A stretch of DNA of 64,000 nucleotides from Octopus vulgaris (taxonomy: Eukaryota): assembly GCA_951406725.2 (NCBI GenBank), contig OX597822.1, positions 35,216,001 to 35,280,000 on the forward strand. Direction: 5' to 3'. Positions 24,632 through 39,119 of the stretch are shown here, piece after piece. Both the position numbers and the translations under genes were made by a program. Below the pieces are notes generated by a model, which worked only from the letters and a program-made list of their open reading frames with translations, was not told where the DNA came from and did no database searches. The number at the start of each line of letters is the position of its first letter. Positions within the stretch are counted from its first letter, which is position 1.

Positions 24632-25139
24632 GGATGCGCAATGGCCCAGTGGTTAGAGCAGCGGACTCGCGGTCGTAGGACGCGGTTTCGATTCCCAGAC
24701 CGGGAATTGTGAGTGTTTATTGAGCGAAAACACCTAAAGCTCCACGAGCCTCTGGCAGGGGCTTATGGTGAACCCTTCTGTACTCTTTCACCACAATTTT
24801 CTCTCATTCTTTCTCCCTGTTTCTGTTGTACCTGTATTTCAAAGGGCCGGCCTTGTCACACTCTGTGTCATGCTGAATCGCCTCGAGAACTACGTTAAGG
24901 GTACACGTGTCTGTGGGGTGCTCAGCCACTTGCACGTTAATAAATGAGCTGCGACGTCACTGGTGCCAAACTGTATCGACCTTTGCCTTTCTCTTGGATA
25001 GCATCGGTGGCATGGAAAGGGGAGACTGGTATGCGTGGGCGACTGCTGGTCTTCCATAAACAACCTTGCCCAGACTTGTGCCGCGGAAGGTAACTTTCTA
25101 GGTGCAATCCCATGGTCATTCGTAACCGAAGAGGGTGAC
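24632..25139 (+). mobile_element. Chimeric SINE: family B head and body joined to the tail seen on a type C SINE
   Basis: 24632-24940 matches family B; 24941-25139 matches the tail of 50422-50750. Confidence 0.85.
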
Positions 25140-25648
25140 AAAATATATAGAGACAGACAGACAGGCAGAGACAGAGAGAAAGGGACAAATAGATAAATAG
25201 ACATAATTATATGAATATGTATATAGTAGCATCTTAGCATCTCCCCTCTCTCTCTCCTCCATTATTCATACGCACACATACAAATATATATATATATATT
25301 TATATATATATTTCTGTCGGCTTTCTTCGAGTAACGTGCTTATTGTGATAAATTATATGTTTATGGACAATGTGTCTAGTTTCGGCATATTTGGCATTAG
25401 AAATTTTGGTTTTGCCCTTGTTTATAAGTTGTTTATATATATATATATATTAAATTAGAGATAAAACCACTATTAGGCAAATCAAACAGTGAAAAACATA
25501 AGCCAATACATAAAATTAATTTTAAAAATATAAAAGTTAAAAATAAAAAATTATTTAAATAATTTAAACTTATAAATTTTATATATATATACAAATATAT
25601 AAATATATGTATGTATGTATATTTTTATATTACTTTATTAATTAATTA

Positions 25649-25684
<36 letters not shown>

Positions 25685-26375
25685 GTATGTATATATAAAT
25701 ATATAGAACGAGAGCGGAGAAAAAAGAAAGAACTTGCGAGGGATTATTATAATTTTGCTTCTGTAAGTTTTTGTGGAATAAATAACTATGGTATAGAGTT
25801 TTATATTCTACGAAATTTTCTTTCATCTTTGAACATTTGATATTACACTTCCTCAAATACATTCGTAATCCTCCACACTCTTAAGTATTAAGATATGTTA
25901 TGAGTCATTACTGGCTGGAGATCATAAATTTCCCAATATTCTATTTTTTTAAATATACTTTCATATATATATTAGTTGTTCGTTATCAGATTAGGGAATT
26001 TTAAGTGCTCGCTACATTCAAAAACGATGAATGGGAGAATCGCGTGTGCCTCGAAAAATTACTTCCTCGGGATTGTTGCGCTTATTCCTGTTTCTAGTCA
26101 CACACGGAGATGATTGTGTTTTTCTGTTATTCGAAGACCAACAGAACATACAAAATCAAAAGGGTATGAGTTGGATCTAATGTCATGTTTCAATTTTCCA
26201 AATCTACTCGCGCCTGCAAATGATATGAACCTACCTATGACTTAACATATCTATCTATTTTCTGCCGAAGAGCGTAGGTTCGAAACGTCAAAGACTCCAA
26301 TTTTTCGCGGGCGAAAAACCTGTTTATTGTTCCCTGTGTATTGTCTTCGTCTTTTGTTTTCTGTAAATTTGAACT

Positions 26376-26470
<95 letters not shown>

Positions 26471-26640
26471 TGTGTATAGTTGAAATTTATATATATGCCA
26501 GAGAGAACGTTTCCGGTTACTTTGGGATACCCCATTTTATATTGGTGGTCTTTTCTTCCAGAAAGAAAACCATCAAAATGTTTTAGGTCCTCCTCTTATA
26601 TTACAACTAAACCTTCTGGACATTGATTATCTCTCAAGCT

Positions 26641-26700
<60 letters not shown>

Positions 26701-26704
26701 ATGC

Positions 26705-26802
<98 letters not shown>

Positions 26803-27305
26803 ACCTACAAAAAAATTCCTATTTTAGATTTGTGGCTCATTTTCTCTGTTCTGGAATAATGATAACAAATATGCCGGCGGCGAGATTTAGACTTAGGTAC
26901 TTTAAGTATGGTCTCCTCTATCGAGAGTGGAAGCATATGTCCATCCATTTTTCAAACAGAGAACTGATCTAAAAAGTAAACACAAGTTTATGAGTGGATG
27001 TCTCTCGGACACCCCCTCTAACTTGTCCTACAATATTTAGGAATATGTTTGTATGAGTATGTGTATACGAGTGTAAAGAAAATTTCAGTATTACCAAAAA
27101 GGATAACTTTAAATTATCAATGAATAAATGAAAGAAATCTAGCGTGTGCTAAAAGTGTTTTATTGCGGCTTATTGACTTGTATTGTACTTCTCATTTCGT
27201 TTTGAGTCGATCTCAGCAATATTTCTATGGCGATATTTGAATATGCTTAATTTAAGTTTAAATTTAGCTACTTCAACACATCCAAACGGAGCCATCTATT
27301 AAAGG

Positions 27306-27342
<37 letters not shown>

Positions 27343-28009
27343 CATATAGATATGTGTGTATGTATATATATAACTGCATATGTATATATATATATATATA
27401 TAAAGATATATATATATATATATATGTGCGTGTGTGTGTTGTGTATTCCGAATTTGTGTGAATTAGTAGAGAAAAATATATCAGTTGGATAAAATTGAAA
27501 CATGGTCTGGTTTTCACGTATGTTTCAACATTAAAAAAATATTTTGTGTTGTTCATGAAGTTCATTTAGCACTTTCATACCTTTGGTAATAATCATCAGA
27601 TTGCAACTGTATTTAACTGACGATTGAGTTCTTCACAAGTGTAGAACCTCTTAGAACGCCCCAACAGCTTGGAATTATGTCATACGGTTTCCACCAATTT
27701 GCATGCAGAGTAAACGTACCGTTATTCTGTAATTTGTTTATATTCATATATTAAAGATATTTTAAAATCCATATCGTTAACTGGTTGTTATATTATTGTT
27801 GTTATTTCCGAATTGTGAGGAACCATATATAGGCGAGAGAGGGAATGCATTATCGGAATATTCAGGATTTCACAGACAAGAAATCCGGAACACCAATGTT
27901 CAAATCCGGAACACCAGTCAAGTCCTGACACAGTGAGGAACATAGCTTAATATAAATCGTCCTTAGTTGAAAGACACCTGTTGTTATGTCCTGTTATTTG
28001 CATTTATAT

Positions 28010-28240
28010 TTGTGTAACATTTCTCCATTTGTTTTTCAGTCCTTGTTTTCGTATACATTCGCTGCTTTCTTCCAAGAAATCTAATGCTCTTAGATTAGTT
28101 TTTCCTTGTGGCTGGCCAGATTGGAGCAATCTCGAGTACAACGAGCCAAAATTGTAAAGATAATCTGGAACTCGACTGAGGAAAGAAAACTTGGAATGAC
28201 CCGTCCTTATTTTTTTGTATCGTCTGTCTGGATGTTTTGT
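28010..28240 (+). repeat. Dispersed repeat, probably pLTR-like; second copy at about 60889-61117
   Basis: Shared GTCCTTGTTT..CGTATACATTC...AATCTAATGCTCT...GGAGCAATCTC...GAATGACCCGTCC. Confidence 0.7.
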
Positions 28241-28478
28241 TATATATTACAGTAGCAACACCCTTCTGTGCATGCCCCCCACACGTTCACACACACGTAC
28301 ATCAGCAACATTCATCAATCTTTTGGAAATGGGGTCATAACCCCGAAATATTGAATACAAGGTAAATCTACATTAATTCAGATATTTGTATTCTTGTGAT
28401 TAAACTTGCATTTACTTTGCTTTGTTTTGACCTTACTATCTTTTATATCTTTTATACAATATATATATATAATCTTTT

Positions 28479-28541
<63 letters not shown>

Positions 28542-28557
28542 CTTTTATATCTTTTAT

Positions 28558-28588
<31 letters not shown>

Positions 28589-28605
28589 TCTTTTATATCT
28601 TTTAT

Positions 28606-28637
<32 letters not shown>

Positions 28638-28768
28638 ACATAGATAAATAGATTGATTCATATGCCCCCGGACAATGAAGTAGGCTAGCCCAATACGTAG
28701 ATATAGAGGGAGAAGTCTGGACGTCCAGGAGTTGAGTAGAGGTCATCCGAATGTGCGATATAACAGAC

Positions 28769-28856
<88 letters not shown>

Positions 28857-28944
28857 GACAGACAGTCAGACGGACGGACAGGCAGATAGATAGGTAGACA
28901 GACAGATTACTGCATTGACCAGACTTTCAGATGTTATACATTGC

Positions 28945-29750
28945 TGGTCTTTTTTGATTGCGCCATCCAGTTTCATCTTTTCACTAATCACTTATCTGAA
29001 TTATCTTCCCATCGTCTTGGGACGCCTTCCAAGTAGCCTTTTCTGATCTCTTAGATACCTCTAGCAAATGCAGGTGATTATCTACTGATATGAAACATGG
29101 GGCATGTCAGGACCAGCGGAACTTCTGCTTTAGATATTCTACGACCACATCGTTCACACCTCTGCGTTCTCGAATTATCTCGAATGAAATGAGAATTATC
29201 TCATTTCAAATATGAGATGATTCTTGTAACGATACTCTTAATATGGATCTTTCCAAAACCCCTTGCTTTGTAGCAAATCGATTTTCTTCCTTCTTTGTAA
29301 TAGCCCATGCGCAGAAGTTTCACATATGTTCCTATTCAGCTTTGTTTTAAGTACATCTTTATAGAAGTAAACGCCTTCCATCTTGCCCTTATTCTCTTCG
29401 ATATTTCAGCATCAATGTCTAGGCGCACTTTCACTGTGTTCGCTAAGTAGACGTAATCCTTTACCCACTCATCGCTTCCCATCACTATTCGCTACGTCTT
29501 CGGACCGCAGATATTTTGTGCTCATGTGGTTCATTTAAAGGCCTACTGCTGAAGTTTGCATGTCCAGGTCTGGCAACATAGTCTATAGATGATCAGGGTT
29601 TCGGCGATGATTACATCATCTGCAAATTGTATGAATGTTAGTATTCAGGCTAATCGTTTCTAGGCATGCGTTGAAGAACTTTAAGAGTCTTCTTGCTTGG
29701 CACCTTTCTCAATCGAGTCGCTTTTATCTTCCAGTGCTCAAGCACTTTGA
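28945..29750 (-). mobile_element. RTE-clade LINE 3' half relic
   Basis: Minus-strand pieces IEKGAKQEDS, FFNACLE, IQFADDVII and C-terminal GRP / W motifs; many disruptions. Confidence 0.8.
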
Positions 29751-29831
29751 AGTATATGTACATATATGTGTGTGTGTGTGTGCGTGTATAATATATGTGT
29801 GTATAATATATATATGTATATATATATATAT

Positions 29832-29915
<84 letters not shown>

Positions 29916-30518
29916 CATATATATGTGTGTGTGTATGTGTATATATACTATGGCCTTCCATATTCTGTGAATACAATATTTCAGTCACATAATACTGATC
30001 ATTCCGATGCAATAGTTGATGACATATGCCATTAAAAGGAATCGCACCGAAAACCACGTGATTCCGAAGAAATACTTCTTAACCATACGCCCAAGCCCTC
30101 ACTCGACAACTATATCTCTCAAGAATTTTGCATCATGTGAAATGTTTGCTAGTGTCAATTTGATTAATACGTATTAGTCGTTTTAAACTATTTTTGGCGA
30201 TGTTAAAATTCCTATTACGTTTACGTGACATTCTCTTCGAGTTCTACATTAGACCGTGAATATTTTCATTGGCTGCCTGCATTAATGGTAATTCTAACCG
30301 TAGATATGTCACTGCGTAATCACTCAATTTATGTAGATATGCTATAAGTTGTTGCAAAAATCTTGTCATAGATAAGCCTTGAAATTAAGTTATCTAAATC
30401 ATTGCTTGTAAATTTTATGTAATCTTCATTCCTGTGTCTTACGAGGAATATGTGCTTCGAGATTTTTGGTAATTCCATCTATTCATAAAGGCATGTCTAG
30501 TTCAATAGTCTTATTTTA

Positions 30519-30649
<131 letters not shown>

Positions 30650-30768
30650 CCTACATAGATAGATATACATAGATAGATATATATAGATAGATATATATAG
30701 ATAGATATATATAGATATAGATATATAGATATAGATAGATATATATAGATAGATATATATATATATAT

Positions 30769-30815
<47 letters not shown>

Positions 30816-30934
30816 TAGATATATATATAAACATATACATACATATATACATCGGTGTAGATGGGTATATGAGTATGACTTTATACATAAATACACACAC
30901 ACACATATATATATATATACATAAATACATATAT

Positions 30935-30999
<65 letters not shown>

Positions 31000-31496
31000 A
31001 AAAGACATGCACATATTCTCACATACACCGACACGCATGCACATACAGATATATACATATATTGATATATTTGTCTGTATCTACATGTATGGTGCGAGTG
31101 TGTACATCTGAACGTATGAGAAAGAGCGCGAGCGGTATATGCCATATTTACATATCTTAATATGTATGTACGCATACGTGATATTTGAAATCTCCTGTCT
31201 GTGTACGTATAATTCCTATTTATATGAATGAATTAATAATAAAATGAAGATTGCTTTAAGACATCATTGAAGTTATGTTATGACAAAGAAAAAGATTTAA
31301 TTAATATTATCGGTGCATTTTTCGACGTAATTGTTTGTGATTGATAATATTCCACAGAATTGATTTCGGGAGTCATTTTGTTTGTCAGGTAGTTGTTGAT
31401 AAATGAGCAGGTAGACATCTTGGAACTCTAAGAGATTCTGTTCTATTTCTTCTTTTATTTGCACACACACACACACATGCGTATGCGCGCACACAA

Positions 31497-31527
<31 letters not shown>

Positions 31528-31817
31528 CGCACGCACATACTCACGTGCACACACATGCACATACAAACACGCAAACGAATACATAAATACACACATACAA
31601 ACACAATCAAAGACACGCATCGCACTCATAAGTATTTACATATATACACATATATATACGTGTAAATGTGTATAAATACGAATATTTACTGTATATATAA
31701 ATATATATGTATGCGTGTGTTATATATATTTATATATATATATAGAGAGAGAGAGACAGACAGACAGATAGACAGACATGTATGTATATATAGAGAGAGA
31801 GAGACAGACAGACAGAC

Positions 31818-31878
<61 letters not shown>

Positions 31879-31921
31879 AAGAAGCAAACAGACAGACAGA
31901 GAGACAGACAGATAGACAGAC

Positions 31922-31974
<53 letters not shown>

Positions 31975-32967
31975 TATATGTGTGTATGTGTATACGCATA
32001 CGTTTGTGAATGGGTATATTTACAGAAATAAAACAAACGATATTTCTCAAAATGCACCTGCTCTCCTAATTTGATGCCAGATTCTCCAGAGGAACAGTAA
32101 CTTAGTTTTTCTTACCAAAGCAAGCATCGCTCAAACTACGTCTTTGATTTATAAATTTGATTTCCTATAGAAATTATTTGATTTTACTTATGTTGATAAT
32201 CTGATAACGAATCTCCGAAACCGGCAAACTGCAATATATTTCTGCGCAATTTTCTTTATAGCCCTTGTGAATAATATACAATTTACGTATATTAAATAGC
32301 ATATTGAAGTTAGTAGAAACAACAGTGAGCTTATCTACTGCTTTTAGTGACATTAACGAAATGAACGTGAGAGAAACAAATAAATTAGAGAAATTATAAC
32401 TTAAAAGCAATCGTTCGAGATTTTCCTTGGGTTTATTGATGTACAAAATTCACAGAAATGCAGTAGATTTAGGATAAATAGCTTTTAAAAGATGCCTGCA
32501 GTCTTTAGTTAGTCGGGACACGTTGATTCACTTAGAAGTAAGTACGAGCTGAACAATACGGAACATAATATAATGTAATTTTCCATTGTATTTTTTAAAA
32601 TGTAAAATACATGCTTACATTCATATATATATATATATATAAATAATTTACAAAATAAGGGCAAAAGAAAAATTCTAATGCCAAATATGCCGAAAAAAAG
32701 ACAAAATTGTCAATAACCATTATAATTTATGCGTCTCGAAACAAACCGATAGAAATTTCTAAAAAATCCGTTATTACCGTATTGGTCCCTTTTTTTCGGC
32801 ATATTTGGCATTATAACTTTTCTTTTGCCCTTATTTTGTAAATTATTTATAAATTTAACCTTTAAAGTTATTTTTTGATATGCTGGCCATTGATAAAAAT
32901 TTTTCTAGAAAAAAATTTTATCCTACATTAGTTATATATATATATATATATATATTATGTATGTATT

Positions 32968-33350
32968 CTTTTACTTGTTTCAGTCATGTGACTGCAGCCA
33001 TGCTGGAGCACCGCCTTTAGTCGAACAAATCGACCCCAGGACTTGTAAGCCTAGTACTTATTCTATCGGTCTTTTTTGCCGAACTGCTAATTTACGGGAC
33101 ATAAACACATCAACATCGGTTGACAAGCGATGATGGGATGGTGGGAAGGACAAACACAGACACACGAACATATACATTGTGTATATATATATGCACAACA
33201 TACAACATACTTCTACAGTTTCCGTCGGCCGGATCCATTCACAAGTCTTTGGTTGGTCCAAGGTTGTAGTAGAAGTCACTTGCTCAATGTGCCACGCAGT
33301 GGAACTAAACCCGGAACTATGTGGTGGTTATCAAGCTACGTACTACACAG
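32968..33350 (-). mobile_element. SINE family A
   Basis: Colinear with 3236-3641; head is more diverged. Confidence 0.88.
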
Positions 33351-33799
33351 ACACTCATATTATACTGTGGCAATTGCCACATGATGACTTGTTTAATCAG
33401 GAACTATATCCAATGATTATTACGCTGCTTAAAACTGCAAGCTGGCAAAATTGTCACAATGCTGCCCAAATGCACCCGCCTTTACGTTCAATTACTGCCG
33501 GGGTCGACTTTGCCTTTCTTCCTTCTGGAGTCGATAAAATAAATATCAGCTGAGCACTGGGGTTGATATAATCGACTTACCCACTTCACCGAATTTGCTT
33601 TAATCTAGGAGCTAAAACGAAGAAATTTAAAAGAAAAGTTACAGCCTATAACTTTCTATTTGAGGAGAACCATTACGCCTTTACATTGAAAAGTAAGATG
33701 TCAAATTATACAAAAACAATTAAGAGGCTGTAATAACTTGCTGTGATTAAATACCTATTGGCTACTTTTTTTTATTGATCATTTCCGTAAAGCAGTTTG

Positions 33800-34400
33800 A
33801 GGGGCTGTATTTTGTTAGATTGTCTGATTACACATAACTGCAGAATTCGTTCACGTAGCAGGACAGTAAAATCCGAAAGAGATGTGGAGAAGAGACTCAA
33901 CAAAGCTGCAAATGTCATTCAGCTCCTAATCCTGTATTGTCCAGCTATGGCACTAAATGCCGCCGGTATACAACCTTTATCATGCCAAAGGAGGTTTATG
34001 AGAAAAAGAAAAAGTCCAGCAGAACCTATAGAGCAGTAGATGTCCTCAACAGACACGAAGGATTTCTATGTACGGCGCTACGAAACATTCTTTAGTGAGA
34101 TTTTGTCAAGAATGATGAAGTAATCGAAAAGGCTGAACTAAATTATCAACGGAATATCATCACCGTGAGTCGGTGGGAGATGTGGGCCCAGCAAACAACC
34201 AGTGATAAACTCTTTCGCATAGATATGAGAGAAAGCACGTTGAAAATGTGGCAGAACTGTCAAGACTTGGTTGAGGAGGATGGAGACTTTGACGAATATA
34301 GTCCTCACCTGAGTGCAAGCTTATGGGAGGGCTTGTCCTCATGCTAGATGGAGACATCTTTCTACTCGTTATCCCACAGGGAGTTGGAGGAATTAAGATT
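33800..34400 (+). mobile_element. RTE-like LINE 3' relic, heavily decayed
   Basis: SERDVEKRLNKAANVI resembles the RTE D-V--RI-KA motif; downstream pieces resemble the C-terminal W / DR--WR region. Confidence 0.5.
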
Positions 34401-35949
34401 AAGATATGTTGCAATAAAGACTTGTTACGTGCAACCCAAGCGAACTAAACATGATTACGATTTGAATTTGATATTACACGCCGAAGGATGGCAATGAACT
34501 GGCTCAATCGGCAAAATGGTGCACAAACTAGTATTTAGTTAAATTTCTTTTCATACTAGGTTCAAATTCCACTGGGATCAACTTCTAAGGTGGAGGAACG
34601 GCAGTATTGTTAGCCCGTCGGATAACTGCTTAACGGCACTCTTCCGGGTTCTTACATTCTGAATTCAAATTCAACCGAGCCCGCGTTTGCATTTCATACT
34701 TCGACGTCGATAACATTAACATAAGCACCAGTTGACCGCTGGATTCAAAGTAATCGACTTCCTCCTCCTCCTCCTAAAATTCGCTGGCCTTATACCAATA
34801 TTAGAACGAAGTTATAAGCTGAGAAAATAGCTTTAAGAGAAAATAGCTTTAAGAGAAGTGCCAAATTTAATTGTTAAGAGTTTTCCTATTGACGCTGTCT
34901 AACTTTGATGAACAAACGAGGTAGCTTCAATCTGGTCGCAACAGCTGCTTTGTCAATCAAATCTCACCATCTTCTAAAAGAAAGGAAATATTGGCAAATG
35001 AATTCCATTGTACATAAGGTTTACACATAACATAAATGATGGTTTACCCATAATATACATCTGAATTGCCTTCGATATATTCAGTGCAATCATAGTGAAT
35101 TATGGGTTAACAAGTAACGATTAATTACGTAGTTAGTTATACCGGTCCATATGATAATTAAGTGTCTTGGTCCCACACTAACTAAAATGATATTTGTGAC
35201 TCATGACACAAGACTTAATACACTAGGTAGGCTAATGTCTGGAAATGAAACTGATATATAACAGTTACTGAATACCTCGTGCTTCCTGTAGTTAAAATAA
35301 ATCACAATTTAGTCACACATATATTTGATTCCTGTCTACTTTTCATTCTGTTGCATTTCAGCATCAGAGTTTGTTTAGTGGAAATTAGTGAAAATCTTTA
35401 TTTTATTTACGATTTATAGAGCCGTTGAAAGTAATGCTCTTCCATATCAACGTTCTTTCTGTCAGTACAACACACACTTATTTAAACATTTGTGTAAGAA
35501 AGGCGAAATCTAAATTTAACAAATCAATTAATTAGCACTAACTTCTTCGAAAACTATAAATTTAGCAAAGTAATTAAGACTAAACTTTTCACAGACATTC
35601 CTATATTTAGGATGTTCCGTGGCTGCCAAGTGGTTTTAGTTATTTAGTTTCTAAATTTTATTTCGCAACTTGTGGACAATAGCGACTGTGGTTATGGGGT
35701 TATTTTTATCAATGACAAAGAAATACATCTACTTGTTTCCACACACACACATCCTTCGCCGTTGACCAATAACAGTAAGTATTTACACACAAATGCATGT
35801 ATTTTCGTGCGTGTATGCATATGCCTGTATATATGTGTATATGTACACATGTACACAGACACTCACACATACACACATATATATGTACACACATACACAC
35901 ACAGACACACACACACGCATATATACACACACACACCATTCATACACGT

Positions 35950-36240
35950 ACATGAATGACTTCAGCGCATTTTCTAACAGTTTCAATCCACGAAATATTG
36001 GTGCAATCGATGGTATTTGATACAAAACACCAATCCAGCGTGACGCACCGAGTGATCGAACGCAGTACGACATGGTCGCTAAGTCAATCTCTTAAGTACG
36101 CATCCATGAATTCGTTCGCTTTAAGAAAGTCAATTAGACATTCATTGAGATCAATTTTTTCCTTTAAGTTCAGTAAATGGAACGTGCCAAGATCTGAGTA
36201 TCGTCCAATATAAAGGGGACATAAGTTTTAAATGCTATCT
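35950..36240 (+). mobile_element. PIF/Harbinger-like transposase relic
   Basis: FNPRNIGAIDG motif followed in order by weak G--QD and GD--F matches. Confidence 0.4.
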
Positions 36241-36381
36241 ATATGACAGTACTCGCCTTCGGAATATGATCACCTGCAATCTTATACATGTACATCTATC
36301 ACACATACACACACACACATATACACTCACACACGCACGCATGAACGCACGCACACACACACACACACACACGCATGCATA

Positions 36382-36941
36382 CGTCCGGAAAGTTCGTGTC
36401 GATTTTTAAAGGAAATAAAAAGGTCAATAAATACTTGCCCTTACATTTTTAATTAACCAAATATGAACCATTTTGTTGCACAATGCGACTCCATCTTTCC
36501 TTAAACTTGAAAATACCCTCTTCCCAGAATTGAGGTGGTTTCATAACATATAATTCATCAAGGCATCTTTTTACGTCGTCCAAGGAATTGAAATTGTTAC
36601 CATTAAGATTATTCTGCAGAGACCTGAATAAGTGGAAATTTGAAGGAGCAATATCTGGTGAATATGTAGGGTGAGGTAACACATCCCAGCCGAGTTGCAG
36701 CAATTTTTGTCTGGTTCCCAAAGCATCAAGTGCCGAAAAGGAACTTTCTTATCTTCCATTTTAAAGGGTTACAAAATTAGCACAGGTTATAGGAACATAA
36801 ACTTTCTTCCACAGAAAGATATCTTAAACTGTCCTCTAAATGGAGATGTAGTCAAATCCTATTTTCTGAACTCAACCATGTTCTAAAATAAGTCGTAAGG
36901 TAAGCTACTATAAATCGGCACGAACTTTCCGAACAAACCGA
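36382..36941 (-). mobile_element. Internally deleted mariner
   Basis: TIR TCCGGAAAGTTCGTGTCGATTT / AAATCGGCACGAACTTTCCGAA; ORF with LGWDVLPHPTYSPDIAPSNFHLFRSL; N-terminal MEDKKVPFRHLML lies directly upstream. Confidence 0.92.
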
Positions 36942-37395
36942 TATATATTAAGATTCTAGAAGGGTAGAAAGATGGGGTTTATCCAAAGCAATACTCACTG
37001 AACCCGAGCGGGAGGCTACCTACGCTCTTCAATTGTATGTAATGTTAATTACGATAGAAATCATTCAGATGTAGCAAAATCCGGGTCTAACATCCGTAAA
37101 ATCAATGTTTAGTGAAGGGTAAAATATAATGCCAATAAGACGAAGAGAGTTTATCAGTTATTTAATCAGCAGTTAGACATTAACCATGTAATCCTTTTTC
37201 TTTGTCGTCTTATTTTGATTATATAGATATATAGACAGACAGACAGACAGATAGATAGACAGACAAGTAGATAGATAGACAGACAAGTAGATAGATAGAC
37301 AGACAAGTAGATAGATAGATAGATAGATAGACAGACAAGTAGATAGATAGACAGATAGATAGATAGATAGACAAGTAGATAGATAGATAGACAAG

Positions 37396-37469
<74 letters not shown>

Positions 37470-37883
37470 TACGTACGTACATACATACTTACACGGAGAG
37501 AAATAGACAGATATAGATATATAGATATGCTATGTAATGATTTATAATATGAATGTATGTATGTAATTGTATATCAGTGCTTTTATGAACTCAATTACAA
37601 ATATTCATAGGGCAACCGTTTCTGCTGTGAAATCTCGTATGTCCGTGTACACAGGCAGCTGCAAAAATGAAAGTAAGTACATAGAGATTCCTAAATATAG
37701 ACTACTTCTCGTGACTTGTGTCACGTTCTACGATCGCCAATAGCTACACATACACACACAACCATATAAAATCATAATTATGTAGTCCATGTTTGTTTGG
37801 ATGTATGTACATACATAGGTATGTGTGTGTGTATGTATGTATGTGTGTGTGTGTATGTATGTATGTATGTATGTATATATATT

Positions 37884-38435
37884 ATGTCCGGTCACTTTTG
37901 AGTGCTAATGGTAACATGTAACCCAGTACAACCTGTTGCATGGTCGGGTCGTCGGTGACTAAACCGGCAACCCCACCAAGCTTGCTTGGTGAGGAGGGTG
38001 TTTACTGGACACCCTGCGGGATGAAAAACAAAACCCGTCAAAGGGCGGAGGAACTCTTGAGAGTCAACGGCCATCCAATAAATGTCTTAAGGCTGTATCA
38101 TGCGCGGGGACATAGAAATAATCGGACTGAATACCCGATCGCGCGGTTAAACCATTGGGAGTGAACGATTCCTAGCCTTTGTTAGAGCATCCTTCTAGGA
38201 GAAGGTAACTCAGGTAACTGGGATAACTTCGACATAAAATCTGCGGCTCAGTGGTTGCCGATGATGTTGACTTGTACTTCTTTTCGGATTCTGACTGCTG
38301 TTGTTTAGTGAGTGGGATTGACTCAGTGCACAGCCTTTCCTCACTTAAAAAAATCTTCTTTTGCAGACATTGTACGATAACAACATTAAGCTTCGTGCAA
38401 TGGCCATACTCGATAACGAGGGGGCAGCCACCATG
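37884..38435 (+). mobile_element. GC-richer structured element resembling an RTE LINE 5' UTR
   Basis: Motifs TTGGTGAGGAGGG, AAAGGGCGGAGGAAC and TCTAGGAGAAGGTAACTC resemble RTE 5' UTRs as I recall them; flanked by microsatellites. Confidence 0.45.
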
Positions 38436-38441
38436 TGTGTA

Positions 38442-38479
<38 letters not shown>

Positions 38480-38595
38480 CATACACTTCTACTATAGCCT
38501 CGGGCTATTGTAGAAGTGTTTTCGTGTTTGGATTAACTTTATTTATATATATATACACGCATATATGTATATACATTCATTTCTACATGTATATT

Positions 38596-38990
38596 TACTC
38601 TTTTACTTCTTTCAGTCATTTGACTGCGGTCATGCTGGAGCACCGCCCTTAGTCGAGCAAATCGACCCCAGGACTTATTCTTTACAAACCTAGTACTTAT
38701 CCCATCGGTCTCTGTTACCGAACCGCTAAATTACGGGGACGCAACCACACCAGCATCGGTTGTCAAGCGATGTTGGGGGGACAAACACAGACACACAAAC
38801 ACATACACACAAATACATATATACATACGACGGACTTCTTTCAGTTTCCGTCTACCAAATCCACTCACAAGGCTTTGGTCGGCCCGAGGCTATAGTAGAA
38901 GACAGTTGCCCAAGGTGACATGCAGTGGGACTGAACCCGGAACCATATGGTTCGTAAGCAAGCTACTTACCACACAGCAATTCTTGCGCC
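38596..38990 (-). mobile_element. SINE family A, full length
   Basis: Colinear with 3236-3641. Confidence 0.92.
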
Positions 38991-39060
38991 TATATTCATA
39001 TATTACAAATATATATGTGTGTATATTATATATACATGTATTTATATATGCGTATGTATG

Positions 39061-39119
<59 letters not shown>

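Noticed and set aside
27540-27935. Possible hAT relic with AAATCCGGAACACCA subterminal repeats
   Set aside because: Only two short repeats and a WWK motif; no TIR or TSD identified.
28315-28365. GGGG-TCATAA-CCCC-GAAA hammerhead-like piece; similar weak cases near 14500-14560, 21410-21445, 23395-23460, 37000-37035 and 51465-51530
   Set aside because: Either the CUGANGA core or the helices are missing; possibly relics but not supportable individually.
28437-28640. Regularly spaced ATCTTTTATATCTTTTATACA repeats resembling a CRISPR array
   Set aside because: Spacers are (TA)n, context is eukaryotic and there are no cas genes; it is a compound minisatellite.
32100-32446. Minus-strand ORF with IYCSLPVS, resembling a hAT dimerisation domain
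   Set aside because: The key ERSFS motif is absent; suggestive only.
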